From the NCBI GenBank assembly GCA_013265495.1, contig MU058531.1, forward strand, positions 1,798,911-1,862,910: a stretch of 64,000 bases of DNA, in the 5' to 3' direction. The position numbers and the translations under genes were made by a program. Below are positions 52,650 through 64,000 of the stretch, piece after piece. How positions within the stretch are numbered: the stretch's first letter is position 1; each line of letters begins with the position of its first letter. Under the pieces are notes generated by a model. That model made no database searches. It saw only the letters and a list, made by a program, of their open reading frames with translations, and was not told the origin of the DNA. This DNA comes from Vicugna vicugna. Its lineage: Eukaryota.

Positions 52650-52946
52650 GTAAGTGTAGAGGGACATAATGTATTTGTATGTTCAGCTTATACTTATTAA
52701 TACAGTTACCATGTAACCATGTAAGAAGTGTGTACTGCTGTATTATAAGTGTGATATCATTAATGTAACATAAAATTATTATTTTATTAGGACCTTGACA
52801 AAATGCATAGTAGTTTTTATCCATTGAGATTTTGTGAAAAGAACTATATTTTATTGGGATTATAACAAATGAGAGTATTTTTGTTTTTGTATATTAAACT
52901 TTAGTGATTAATCTTTGATTATTGTTTTCCCCCTTATTCCCTCCAG

Positions 52947-53089
52947 GAAAAAACAGGTGGTAAGGTGCGCCAAGGCCAAAGCCAGAGTAAAGAAGTACTT
53001 CAGGAGTACATTGCAGGTGCAGATACCATCATGGAAGATCCTGCCACCAGAGATTTTGTAGTTATGCGGGCCAGAATGATGGCAGCCAA
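52947..53089 (+). CDS. BTAF1: BTAF1 exon 17 (EKTGGKVRQ...RARMMAA)
   Basis: 143 nt, AG/GT. Confidence 0.95.
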
Positions 53090-53361
53090 GTAAGTATATA
53101 TAAATTGAAAGTCATTTAACCAAAAGATTCCTCTGATGTGTCTGTCAGTCCTTCCTTCATCACACTAGTTACAGAGGAAGAAAAAACTAAAGCATAAGAA
53201 AACATTAACTTTTTTAAAGTTTTAAAAACAGGATTTATATATATTTTTTGAAGATAAATAAGATAAGAGTTATGTCTTCCTTGGGAAAAGTTAATAGTTT
53301 CAGTAGAGGAAATTTTACTTCAAGTAATTTCTATATTAACTTATTTTTTTCTCCCTCTTAG

Positions 53362-53536
53362 GTTGTTAGGAGCACTGTGTTGCTGTATTTGTGATCCAGG
53401 TGTAAATGTGGTAACCCAAGAAATTAAACCAGCTGAATCCCTTGGCCAGTTACTACTCTTCCATTTGAACTCCAAGTCTGCCTTACAGAGAATTAGTGTA
53501 GCTTTGGTAATCTGTGAATGGGCTGCTTTACAGAAG
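53362..53536 (+). CDS. BTAF1: BTAF1 exon 18 (LLGALCCCICDP...WAALQK)
   Basis: 175 nt, AG/GT. Confidence 0.95.
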
Positions 53537-55017
53537 GTAAGATTTTGCCCCAAAAGTAATGAAGACAAATTAAGTAAACCAGTTTCCATTAGCTGTTAAG
53601 ATTATTTTCATTATATTTTATAAACAGAAAAGTGAAAATTTTCTTTATAAAATTTTATCCAACAGTTATAGGAAAGTATTCCAAATTATATTGAAACATT
53701 GTTTCTCTCTCATTTGCCTTTCACCCTAGACTTTTTTCTTGGACCTCTGTCTTATACCTGAGACTGCTAGCTGTGCCCATACTTAATATTTGCTCTTGAT
53801 CCTATAGTCTGTTTAGAAATGTTCCTTCTAAAAAACACGTGTATGTATGGAAGCTGTCCAGAAACTGTTGGTCATTTATTTATCTGTATCTCTCTCAGAT
53901 ATTACTTAAAACTACAGCAGATAAGAGGCTTTGAGTAATAGAAACCCATTTGTATGAGTAGTAGCAAGGGCAGATTTTTAGTCACAGGAAGAATAAAATC
54001 TCCACATTTAAACCTAGATCTTTGTTTCCAAATAAGCCATTCCCTTGCAGCCCCTGTAATCTTTAACTTTTAGTAAGATGTATGATTTTGTGTAAGACTT
54101 GCTTCTGTAAATCAAAGAAACTTCCTGCTGGCTTTGTTTATTCCATTGACTGGAATTCTGGAAATTTAACTGTCTGCACTTGCTGTGAGAGTTGCTTGTT
54201 ACTGCCTCTTAGCAGTTTGTCAAAGTTATGTCTAAAAGTAATTGAGCCATGCTCTATTGCAACTGAGACCCCAGCTTTGCCTCTGGAAAGAAGCAAGGCT
54301 CGTCTGTTTTTAGGCAGGACTCGGTGTGCTGGAGAGGCAGTGATGCTGTGTTTTTGTGCCTCTCAGACTCAGCAGCAAGTGTTGACAGTTCGGTTTCTGG
54401 ACCCTCACAGAGCTTCTCTGGACTTACTCTGTGAAGCCCAGGCTGATCACCCAGATCCCACAGAACCCCTCATGGCTCACCACTGAGGTCATTCCCCCTC
54501 TGGTTGGGGCAGGCAACAACCAGAGAGAGTGGGAAGGGTTAGTTAAATTTGGGGGCAGGTAAGTAGCTTTTAAATTATATATCCATTTCTACAGTATGGC
54601 ATGTGAAGCTATGGGTTCAGCTGTTAAGAAATCTAATGAGTTTTTAAATAACATTTTTAGTGCATGCTAAGTGTTTTCTGACTGATTTCTTTTTACAGTT
54701 GTATATTTTATGTGCTATATAATACATATATAAACTTGGAATAAATTCAGAGTAAAGTAAGAGTAATTAGGTGGAAAATTTAATGAAATTGTCATAGTTC
54801 ACATGCATGTTCTATAGTCATTCATATTAAAATTTTAGAGTAGTTTGGATGTAATACCTTTTCTTGTGCAACTAACTATGTTGTTCTGGGAGATAACAGA
54901 AAATAGATTCAAAATCAGTAGGAATTTAGACTTGGTAGTTTGCAAGTGAAGATTTATGCATTTCTAGAATTATGTTTACATATTTGCCCTGAATATTTGT
55001 TGTCTGTTATATTTTAG

Positions 55018-55221
55018 GAGTGTAGAGCTGTTACCCTAGCCGTGCAGCCACGTTTACTTGATATCCTTTCAGAACATTTATATTATGATGAAATTGCCGT
55101 TCCATTCACACGAATGCAGAATGAGTGTAAACAGCTTATTTCATCATTAGCTGATGCACATATTGAAGTTGGTAATAGAGTAAACAACAGTGTTTTTACA
55201 ATAGATCAAGCTAATGATCTG
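55018..55221 (+). CDS. BTAF1: BTAF1 exon 19 (ECRAVTLAVQPRLL...QANDL)
   Basis: 204 nt, AG/GT. Confidence 0.94.
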
Positions 55222-55539
55222 GTGAGTAAAGAAGTAACTTTATTAATTGTAGAGCATGAAATAAATTTGTCATGTCACATTTACCACAAAAACTAATTTG
55301 TTGAATCTGTTTGTGGCTTGGTAGTCTATCATCCCTGCCCTTTAGAAAGGTTATTTTATTGTGTTGACTTTCTTGAAAGAAGAAGATGGGGAAGTAAATT
55401 TTTTTTAAGTCTCAGATTCTGACAAACCAATACGCCTTTATTAGAAAAAGCTATTACATTATTTGTCATTTCTCAGTTTTGCTTAAGACTGGCAGAGTAT
55501 AGAAAAAAGTTGATTCTAAGTTCCTGAGTATTTCTCCCC

Positions 55540-57195
55540 TCACTTCCCAGCTTATAATGGAAATATTCAAACATTAAAAATAAAGGTAAGAGAATTATAC
55601 AATGACCATTTGTATACCCATATACTCACATACTAATTAGAATCCACAGTCAGCATTTTATTACATTTGCTTTATTACATATGCAGCTCTCTACCCCTTT
55701 ATTCAAACTTCAATCCATCTTAATTTTTTGATGCATTACTAAGTAAGTTGCAGGTATCAGTACACTTCAACATGTGTATCATTAACTAAAATTCAGTATT
55801 TATGTTTTTCCTCTTTTTTGAGGTAATGTTTATGTACTGTGAATTGTACAGATCTCAAATGGAACATTTCATGAATTTTAACAGTTGCATATACCTATGA
55901 AACCCAAACCTCAGTCAAGATACAGTGCCATCACCGCTTCCCTGTCAATTGCCTGCTCTTAAATAACCACTGTTCTAATTTTTCCTTCACCATAGATTAC
56001 TTTTGCCTGTTCTAGAATTTCATATAGATGGAATCATACACTCTGTGCTGTTTGGCTTAAGAATTTTTTCCAGCATGATGTTTTAAAAATTCATCCATGT
56101 TATATATATCAATAATTCATTCTTTTTTATTGCTGAGTTTTCTTTCATTGTATAAATATACCACAATTAGTGTAAGCCCTTCTCTTATTCATGAACACTA
56201 GGGTTGTCCGAAGTTTTGGGCTGTTTTGAACAGAGCTGTTACAAACATTCTTGTACAAGTCTTTTTGTAGGCATATACTTTCCGTTCTCTTGGATATACA
56301 CATAGGAGTGGAATTGCTGGGTCATATGGTAGGTGTTTATTTAGTTTTATAAAAAATTGCACTTTTCCCAAAGCGGTTGCATCATTTTACTTTCTAATCA
56401 GTACTACATGAGAGTTCTGGTTGTTCCACATCAACACCAACATTTGGTCATGGTTACTCCTGTTAATTTTTGCCCTTCTGATGGTTGTGTGATAATGTCA
56501 TTGTGGTTGTAACCTGCATTTCCTTGATAACTAATGTGTTCAACACTTTTTTTATGTCTTATTGGCCATTTGTTGATCTTCCTTTCTGAAATTTCTGTTC
56601 AGATCTTTTGTCTATTGTTAATAAGGTTGTCTTTTTACTATTGAGTTGTAGGAATTCTTTATCTATCCTGGATACCAGTTCTTTTTGTCAGATAGATGCT
56701 TTCCGAATATTTTCTCCCAGTGTTATGTGGCTTGCCTTTGCGTTTTCTTAATAGTGTCTTTGGATGAACAGATATTTTTAAGTTTTGATGAGGTCTAATT
56801 TATCAGTTGTCTTCTTTTATGGTTATTGTGTTCTGTGACCTAAGGTACCCTTTCTTATCTTCAAGTGGCAAAGGTATGCACATAAATTTTCTTCTGAAGC
56901 TTTTAGTTTTTATGTTTAGTTATCCATATTGAATTAATGTCTATGTATAGTGTGAAGTAGAGATTGCATTTTGTTTTTTATATAGATAATCCAGTTTTTC
57001 CATGATCATTTATTGAAAAGATTTTCCTTTCCCCGTTGGATTGCTTTGGTACCTTTGTCAAAAATTAGTTGATGTTTAAGTGTAGGTCTGTATCTGGGCT
57101 CTATTCAATCTATTTTTCTTTCCTTATGCCAGCACCAATGTCTTGATTACTGTAGCTTTGTACTTAGTAAGTCCTTGAAGTTAGATGATATAAAT
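55540..57195 (-). mobile_element. Old LINE-1 antisense in intron 19
   Basis: L1 3'UTR and antisense ORF2 motifs (ggaattgctgggtcatatggt). Confidence 0.85.
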
Positions 57196-57699
57196 GAGTT
57201 CTTCCTTTTTTGAGTTATAGGATCAGAAACACAGCCACTTTACTTATGTTGGTCCCTGTGAAATAGCACGCTTCATCTCTTACTAAAAAATAATTGAATT
57301 TTTTTTTTTAATTGTCACTTGTGAGAGAAAGTTAAAATTGCTGCAGTTTTTTCTGAGTTGTTTTTCTGGTTGTTGTTTTTCTGTAATTTCTCCTTTTTGC
57401 CTCCTCTTCCCCAAAATTTGCCTTCCTGAAATGAAATCTCAAATCTTCTTTAAGGTCTGAGATCCCTTCTTATTGTCTCCAGAAACGTTTCTTTTTAAAG
57501 CTACTATATGGCCTCTTCTTCAAGCTTTTTGTATTCAGACCTCTTACTCCCCAGAGAAGATACTGTTCTGTGTCATCAGCTTCATTAGTCCAGTGATTTT
57601 GACTTGGGGTTTCGGAGTCTCTGGAAGAGCGTATTTCAGGGAAGAGCAATTTTAAAAGATTAGTTCTAGCCTTGGCTAGAAGCCAGTGCCCTTTGTATC

Positions 57700-58785
57700 T
57701 TTCTTTGCACTCCTCTTTTTCTCATACCTGCCAAAATATAGGCATTTCCCGAAGATCTTCCTTTGTCTATCACATTCTTACTCTTTAGTTCTTACCCATG
57801 TGCTGTACTGTCTTTTCTAGATCTTTTATGTTCTTCAGTTAGGCATTTTTGCTTGAATATGTATCTCTCGGTCACTTTAAACTTAACCAAAACCAGAATT
57901 TATTTTTTAACAGGAAATAGCCCTTTTTATCCACAATCTCAAATCTCATTAACATTTCCTTCAGAAAGTTTCACATGTTTATCCTTTCTCTGTTTCCGTC
58001 ACCACAACCCGAAGGCCTTAGTACTTTATGACTAGGTCCTGACTCATCTCCAAGGCTCCAGGCAGTCTCTGGTTCACTTCATCCTGCTTTTTGTGCAGAC
58101 TAGTAAAAAGTTCTGTAGAACCAACTCGAAACAATCCTTCCCGTGCTTAAAAACATTTTCTTTTTCCTTGATTTTAGTTCTTTCTTACTTTCAACACCTT
58201 ATCTAAATTCCCCATCTCTTTTCTCCTAATTATTTCTCAAATTTCATCCACCTAACCCTAGTTAGCTTTCCTTTTGCAGAAGTACACCACCCTCGCCCAC
58301 TTTCTGTACTTCATTCATTCTCACTTCAGTGTCTGAGTTCCTCTTTCTTTTGCCAGAAATTTCCTACCCCCAGCCCTCTATGCTCACCCCAGGATCATCT
58401 CTTGACAATCCTTCATCTGCATCCTGTGCTCAGGCCATGATAAGCTGTTTTCAGTTCCTTGGTTGATGCCCTGCTTTTCCCTTCCTCCCTCACTCTGTTT
58501 ACCAAGATGTCCCCATAACTCCGGACTTAACAACCTGTTCTTTAAAAACCCAGCGTAAGTGTTAACCTCCTCTGGCAAGCCTTCACTGATTATGTCACCT
58601 AAGAAGAGTTAAGCTACCCATATGCTACCACAGTGGCGTCCACTTACCTCAGTTATATGTTACACTGTCTTGTTTACTTACATACCTATCTCCCACAGTA
58701 GCCTCTGCATTTTTTGAGTGTATAAAGACATTGGTTTTCCTCATCTTGTAGTATTACTCAATAAATACTTGTTGAATAAATGAAT
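57700..58785 (+). mobile_element. Degenerate LINE-2
   Basis: Terminal ctcaataaatacttgttgaataaatgaat and pyrimidine-rich L2-like body. Confidence 0.6.
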
Positions 58786-59279
58786 TTGGGGTAATTGAAA
58801 AGCTTTTCCTAAGCTGCCTAGAATCACTGAAAATTGACAGAAGCATAGTTTATTTAGGACAGTGTTTTTAAACTTTTAGTAGTGAAACCCTATTTCAGAT
58901 AATCTTATGCAGAACTTGAATACATAAAACAGACAAGGCAAAGTGGAGAGTATAAGCAGATACAGCTCAATATAAAGTCTTTGGCATTTTATAATGACAA
59001 AAGATGATCTTATTTGTGTGCCTGTTCTGTTTTTTGTAATAAGAAGCTAGCATTATCATTCTTGTCCATGAGACTTAGGAATTGATCATTTCTAAGTCTA
59101 AAAAATTGGTTCTTCATTTTAAGAAAAAGTTAGGTTCTTCAGTGTTACAGGCTTTTCTGACCAACATTGATCAGATTGGATCTATTTATGGAGCCTCTTT
59201 ATGATTGCAGTTACCTATAAAACAAGACTATTTTTGTTATGTTAGCCATCACACTGTCTTTAGATGGTAATTTTTAAAA

Positions 59280-59768
59280 ATGTGTGCACAGAAAAACTTG
59301 TATGTAAAATGTTCATAGCAGCATTATTTATAATAACTAAAAGGTGGAAACAACCATTCATCAAGTAATGAATGGATAAATATAGTATATCCATTGAGTG
59401 GGATATTGTTTGACAGAAAAAGGAATGAAGTAATTATACATGCTACAACATCAATGAACCTTGAAAGAATTATGCTAATTGAAAGAATCTAGTCACAAAC
59501 GATTATACAGTATTTTAGTCCATCCATATGAAATGTCCAGGATAGGCAAATCTGTAAAGGTACAAAGTAAATAAATAGATACATAGGGCTGGGAGGAAAT
59601 GAGGAAAGATTGCTAATAGGTATTGAGTTTTATTTTGGGGATGATGAAAATGTTCCAAAATTGTGGTCATGGTTGTAACACTCTGTAAATGTAATAAAAA
59701 ATCATTGAATTGTATACTCGAAATGATGTGCTGTACATGAATTACATCTCATAAAGTTGTTAAAAAAG
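59280..59768 (+). mobile_element. LINE-1 3' end in sense orientation
   Basis: aatgttcatagcagcattatt...aaaggtggaaacaacc...gaaccttgaaa motifs, A-rich end. Confidence 0.82.
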
Positions 59769-60250
59769 ATGTACTGAACAGTCTTTTAATGGGCCCTGTA
59801 AAGTTGTCTGATGTCATAATCTATATAAAGCTATATAATCTTATAGCTTTAGGTGGTTCTTGGTAATTAAAGAATTAATGACTATTGCACCATTTTTATT
59901 TAACAGTTAGTTTATATTTGCTTGCAGGTTTCTCATTTCACCAAAGTACTATTTGGGTATTGAATGTGATTTTCACTGAAAGTTATTACATATATTTAAA
60001 CTGCAGGTAATTTTGTGCTTCTCAAGAGACTGTCTCTTTCTTAAAGAATATAATACTAATGTTAAATTAAGTCAGATTAAAGTTTATTTGAAAGGTTTAT
60101 AGACATTTATTTAGTTAACGAATAGTAAAATAGTACTAGATAATGTGAAACATGAAATTGAAACAAAAAGCTTCCTTTCTGCCCTTTAGGAGTTTATAGG
60201 CTGTTTGGGGTTGATGTCATTAATGATTTTTGATTTCTCTTTTTTAATAG

Positions 60251-60677
60251 GTCACTACTGTTTTTAATGAAGTCACATCATCTTTCGATTTAAATCCTCA
60301 AGTGTCACAGCAGTTAGATAGTAAACGACAGCAGGTCCAAATGACAGTTACAGAGACCAACCAGGAGTGGCAAGTGTTGCAGTTGAGAGTGCATACCTTC
60401 GCTGCATGTGCAGTTGTGAGCTTGCAGCAACTTCCGGAGAAATTAAATCCTATTATAAAACCATTAATGGAGACAATTAAAAAAGAAGAGAATACCCTAG
60501 TGCAAAACTATGCAGCTCAGTGCATAGCCAAACTACTTCAGCAGTGTACAACAAGGACGCCCTGTCCCAATTCAAAAATTATTAAAAACCTCTGTAGCTC
60601 ACTTTGTGTGGACCCATATCTAACTCCTTCTGTCACATGTCCGGTACCAACACAAAGTGGCCAGGAAAATTCTAAAG
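60251..60677 (+). CDS. BTAF1: BTAF1 exon 20 (...LPEKLNPIIKPLMETIKKEEN...)
   Basis: 427 nt, Mot1-type KLNPII motif. Confidence 0.96.
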
Positions 60678-61638
60678 GTATATATATCTAAACCTTCATT
60701 TGGGGTAGAGGAAGAATTAAGTGTTTAAATTTGTTCTTATTTATTTATGGGTATAATTAAGCACAAATCCAGTGTATGTTGGAGCTTTTTCCCATTTTGA
60801 GAGAATTTGCACATATTACTAACAAAATTACAACTCTAAATCCAAATAAGCTATTCATAAAAGACCTCATATATATGTAAGATGACTGAAATCTATGAGA
60901 CAGGCTTTAACCCTTAACTTCTCTTTCAAGACCATTATTACAGAGTTTACTGTTAACTGAGCTAGAAAACTTGTGTATCAATTGGTGAATGAAAGTTCTT
61001 CCTATAACACTCTGTGGTTTTCGTAGTACACGTCTCATGAGATAAGTGGACTCTATTACCTTTAGAAAACAATGCTTAAACAACTTCCCTGTTTTTATCC
61101 AGAAAATTTCTATGGAAAATAACTGCTCTTTGTAGGCTGGTCTCAAGGACCAATGTTTCTTCACATGCTTTAGTCTTAAATTTCCCCCAACCCTCTCTCC
61201 AAGAGCTATGTGAGGCAGCAATATTTTATTAACAGTTGATGTTTCTAAATTTTTCATGACTGTGGACATTTTTGTAGAGAGAACTTACTTAAAGTATTTT
61301 TTTTAATCTTTCTCTTTATTCCTGGAAACAATCATCCATATTTTTAAAGAATTAATGTACTTTAACTGAAGCCATAGTCATTCTTACATGTGATATTTCT
61401 TCTTGTTAACATGATTTCTGCACCTTTGATTGTATTAAGTATGGTCCTATACAAATACCAAAACTTTTAACTTATTATTTAATTACTAACTTTTCTTTGT
61501 CTTAAGAAAATATCATTGGCCTATAAAAATTGAAGCTTGAAAGACAGTTTTAAAATGTGTTGTATCTCTTTTGGAGCAGGAAGCATTTGGTCACCTACAT
61601 CATGCTTTAAAGGTTATTTAACTTTTTTTCCTTAATAG

Positions 61639-61829
61639 GGTCTAACTCCGAAAAAGATGGAATGCATCATACTGTCACCAAGCACAGGGGTATAATTACA
61701 CTCTATAGGCATCAGAAAGCTGCTTTTGCTATCACAAGTAGGCGAGGTCCTACCCCCAAAGCAGTAAAAGCTCAAATAGCAGATCTTCCTGCAGGAGGTA
61801 GTGGAAATATCCTTGTTGAACTTGATGAG
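61639..61829 (+). CDS. BTAF1: BTAF1 exon 21 (...KHRGIITLYRHQ...ELDE)
   Basis: 191 nt, AG/GT. Confidence 0.94.
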
Positions 61830-63313
61830 GTAAATGATTCTTTTCTTTGAATACTCTGATTTTTAAACAAATATCTTACAGATTGTTAGCTACATTTGTC
61901 ATATCAGCTTATTGAATTGTATTTTATATTTTTAAGTGAAAGAACTGGGACCAGTAACTTTCTGGGGTACTCCAGCAACATGATCCAAAAAAATTGCAAA
62001 CTTCTTCAAGTTTTTCATACCTCTTACTATTTTTACCAGCTTAACATTGAATATCTTCCTAGGCAAGAAATTCTCTCAATAGTGGCTACATAAGTCATTC
62101 ATAAGTATAAACTAATTCACTCCTGTAATAGTGACTACAGAGATGTTAAATAACAGCCAAAGCTAACTTTTCTCAGCCCTATCAATGTCAGAAATTACTG
62201 TTGATATTCAGAGGATAAGATTACAAGTATCAACTAAATTGTTACTTACCTGACTTTTAGTCAACTTGGAATTTATTAACTCTGTGATGCGAGGTAGGGA
62301 TCTAAATTTATTTGCCCATATAAACAACCAGGTACCTAACTGTCGAATCTTTTCCTCCTGTTTTATAATGGCACCTCTGTTAAGTATCATGTTTCATGTG
62401 TGTCAGGATCTCCTTGGGCTTTCTATTCTGTTTTATTGGTCTACTTGTTCTACAGTACAGTCTTCTTTAAAGACAATTTTAAAAAGTGTGTTTTTTTGAA
62501 AATCTTACAGGCACATTCACCATGGAATGACTGCTTTAGGTAGCAAGACATAGAAATTTACCTGAGTTCAGCAATAAATTATCAATGCTAAATAAAAGAC
62601 ATGTTTTATATAGTTCTATAAAATATAGGCCTATCTTAAGTTTCTTTTTTTTAATCAAAATCTTAGTTGTCTATAGTCCTTTTAAAGTATTCTATGAATG
62701 TGAAAACTTATTAATTACGTTCTTTCCATAATAATTTTAATAAAAAATTTACTGTGGTTTTAATATTTATACTTGCATGGTTTGCACAGTTCTCCCTTCA
62801 CCTAAAAATAATTTTTAAAATATATAGGTATCTTTCTGAGGGGACAGTTTTTTTATTTAATTATTATAAAATTGCTATGTAAGAGGTTATTAATTCAGTG
62901 GTTAGATTAAACAGATGCTCATATTCTATCTCTTAATCAAATGTAAATAAGGGCGGATCATTTTAACTCTCTACTCTCTGCCTGCTAAGTTTCTTTGGGG
63001 TAGAGAGAAGAAGGAAAAACATGTCACTTAGGACTGTCTTTAGAACCAGCACATATTCTTCTATTCCTTATCTCCAACCCCAAAAAAGTATTTTGCTTTG
63101 GATGTAAAAATATAGTTTGGAATTTTATGCCATGTAAATGTAATTATTGAGAAATGTTTATAATTGTGATAAATATGTCCAGTAATTGCTTAATTAGTTA
63201 ATTGTCACACTATGAATTCTTAGGTGACTTTCAAATTCTCTTGATAATATTTCAAACGCATTATCATTATACTTTTTTCTGAAATTCTGTTTTCAACTAA
63301 CATTTGATTTTAG

Positions 63314-63467
63314 GCCCAGAAGCCTTACCTGGTACAAAGGAGAGGAGCTGAATTTGCCTTGACAACTATAGTGAAGCATTTTGGTGGTGAAATGGCAGTG
63401 AAGTTGCCACATCTCTGGGATGCTATGGTTGGTCCATTGAGGAGTACAATCGACATAAATAATTTTG
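63314..63467 (+). CDS. BTAF1: BTAF1 exon 22 (AQKPYLVQRRGAEFAL...)
   Basis: 154 nt, AG/GT. Confidence 0.94.
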
Positions 63468-63893
63468 GTGTGTACATAGTTTTCTTAGTTGAGTTTTTAA
63501 CAGATTTCAGTGTATATCCATTACATACATCCTTATAAAATACCAGTGCCTATACCTTTCTATTCCAGACCAGCTGGTAAGTTTTTAAATTGAAGGTTGG
63601 TAAACTCATTCATTTTAATTTATTTTTATGTCAATTCATATACTTTTTTTCCTTTTACTTTTTTCTGTTACATACTAGAAAGAGACATTTGAAGTGGATC
63701 ATTATTTAAACTTCAGTTGCTTTAAGTATAGTACCTTAGCATTTAAATTAAGGGCATGGCATTTCATTTTACATTATAAAGCAAAGTAGACTCTCCCATG
63801 GTAGCTGGGGAAGTGCTAAAACTTTTTGTGGGCTCTAGATCTTGAAAAATTATTTGCAAGGTGATATGCACTTAAATCAATGTATTTTAATAG

Positions 63894-64000
63894 ATGGAAA
63901 GTCCCTCCTGGAAAAGGGAGATGGCTCTGCCCAAGAATTGGTGAATTCTCTGCAAGTTTTTGAAACAGCAGCAGTGTCAATGGATTCTGAGCTTCATCCC
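63894..64000 (+). CDS. BTAF1: BTAF1 exon 23, partial (DGKSLLEKGDGSAQELVNSLQVF...ELHP)
   Basis: tag| acceptor; open frame to the window end. Confidence 0.93.

Larger units (their letters stand above)
13626..64000 (+). other. BTAF1: BTAF1 (B-TFIID TBP-associated factor 1, Mot1 homologue): coding exons 1-23, N-terminal TBP-binding HEAT-repeat and central region; gene continues past the window
   Basis: Spliced exons give a continuous frame [32 protein letters not shown]... of about 1102 codons with consistent intron phases. Confidence 0.98.

Noticed and set aside
55015..55020. NAGNAG acceptor (TAG GAG) at exon 19
   Set aside because: A distal GAG is rarely used; no further evidence
59826..59851. 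10-bp stem, 6-nt loop hairpin (taaagctata/tatagcttta)
   Set aside because: AT-rich and short; plausible by chance in 64 kb
13640..63893. U12-type introns or intronic snoRNA/miRNA genes
   Set aside because: No RTATCCTT donor among introns 1-22 and no convincing box C/D, H/ACA or pre-miRNA structure by eye; an Infernal/Rfam scan would be decisive
1..64000. CRISPR arrays, operons, rRNA, prokaryotic defence systems
   Set aside because: Spliced mammalian locus; no spaced direct-repeat arrays or such genes seen

Overview
Mammalian genomic DNA, most likely camelid (alpaca/camel) judging by its tRNA-derived SINE family; this is not a prokaryotic window. It holds the FGFBP3-BTAF1 locus. FGFBP3 lies on the minus strand (uninterrupted 259-aa CDS at 1014-1793, short non-coding first exon near 2242). 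About 11 kb away and transcribed divergently, BTAF1 (Mot1/TAFII170) starts at a TATA-less CpG-island promoter. I could trace BTAF1 coding exons 1-23 (ATG 13626; exon 23 runs off the window end) as one open frame of about 1102 codons with GT-AG introns; the C-terminal SNF2 ATPase lies beyond the window. The rest is intronic/intergenic and rich in L1, L2, MIR, SINE and DNA-transposon relics, which account for most ORF-track entries. I see no evidence of a wholly new biological system. The best leads are regulatory or retrotransposition details: an out-of-frame upstream ORF overlapping the BTAF1 start, a candidate poison exon in intron 18, an exact ETS-CRE composite promoter motif, tandem splice donors, an L1 with an atypical 3' tail and fold-back 5' junction, and TSD-flanked solo poly(A) insertions. 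Repeat family names come from recalled consensus sequences, and repeat boundaries are approximate.
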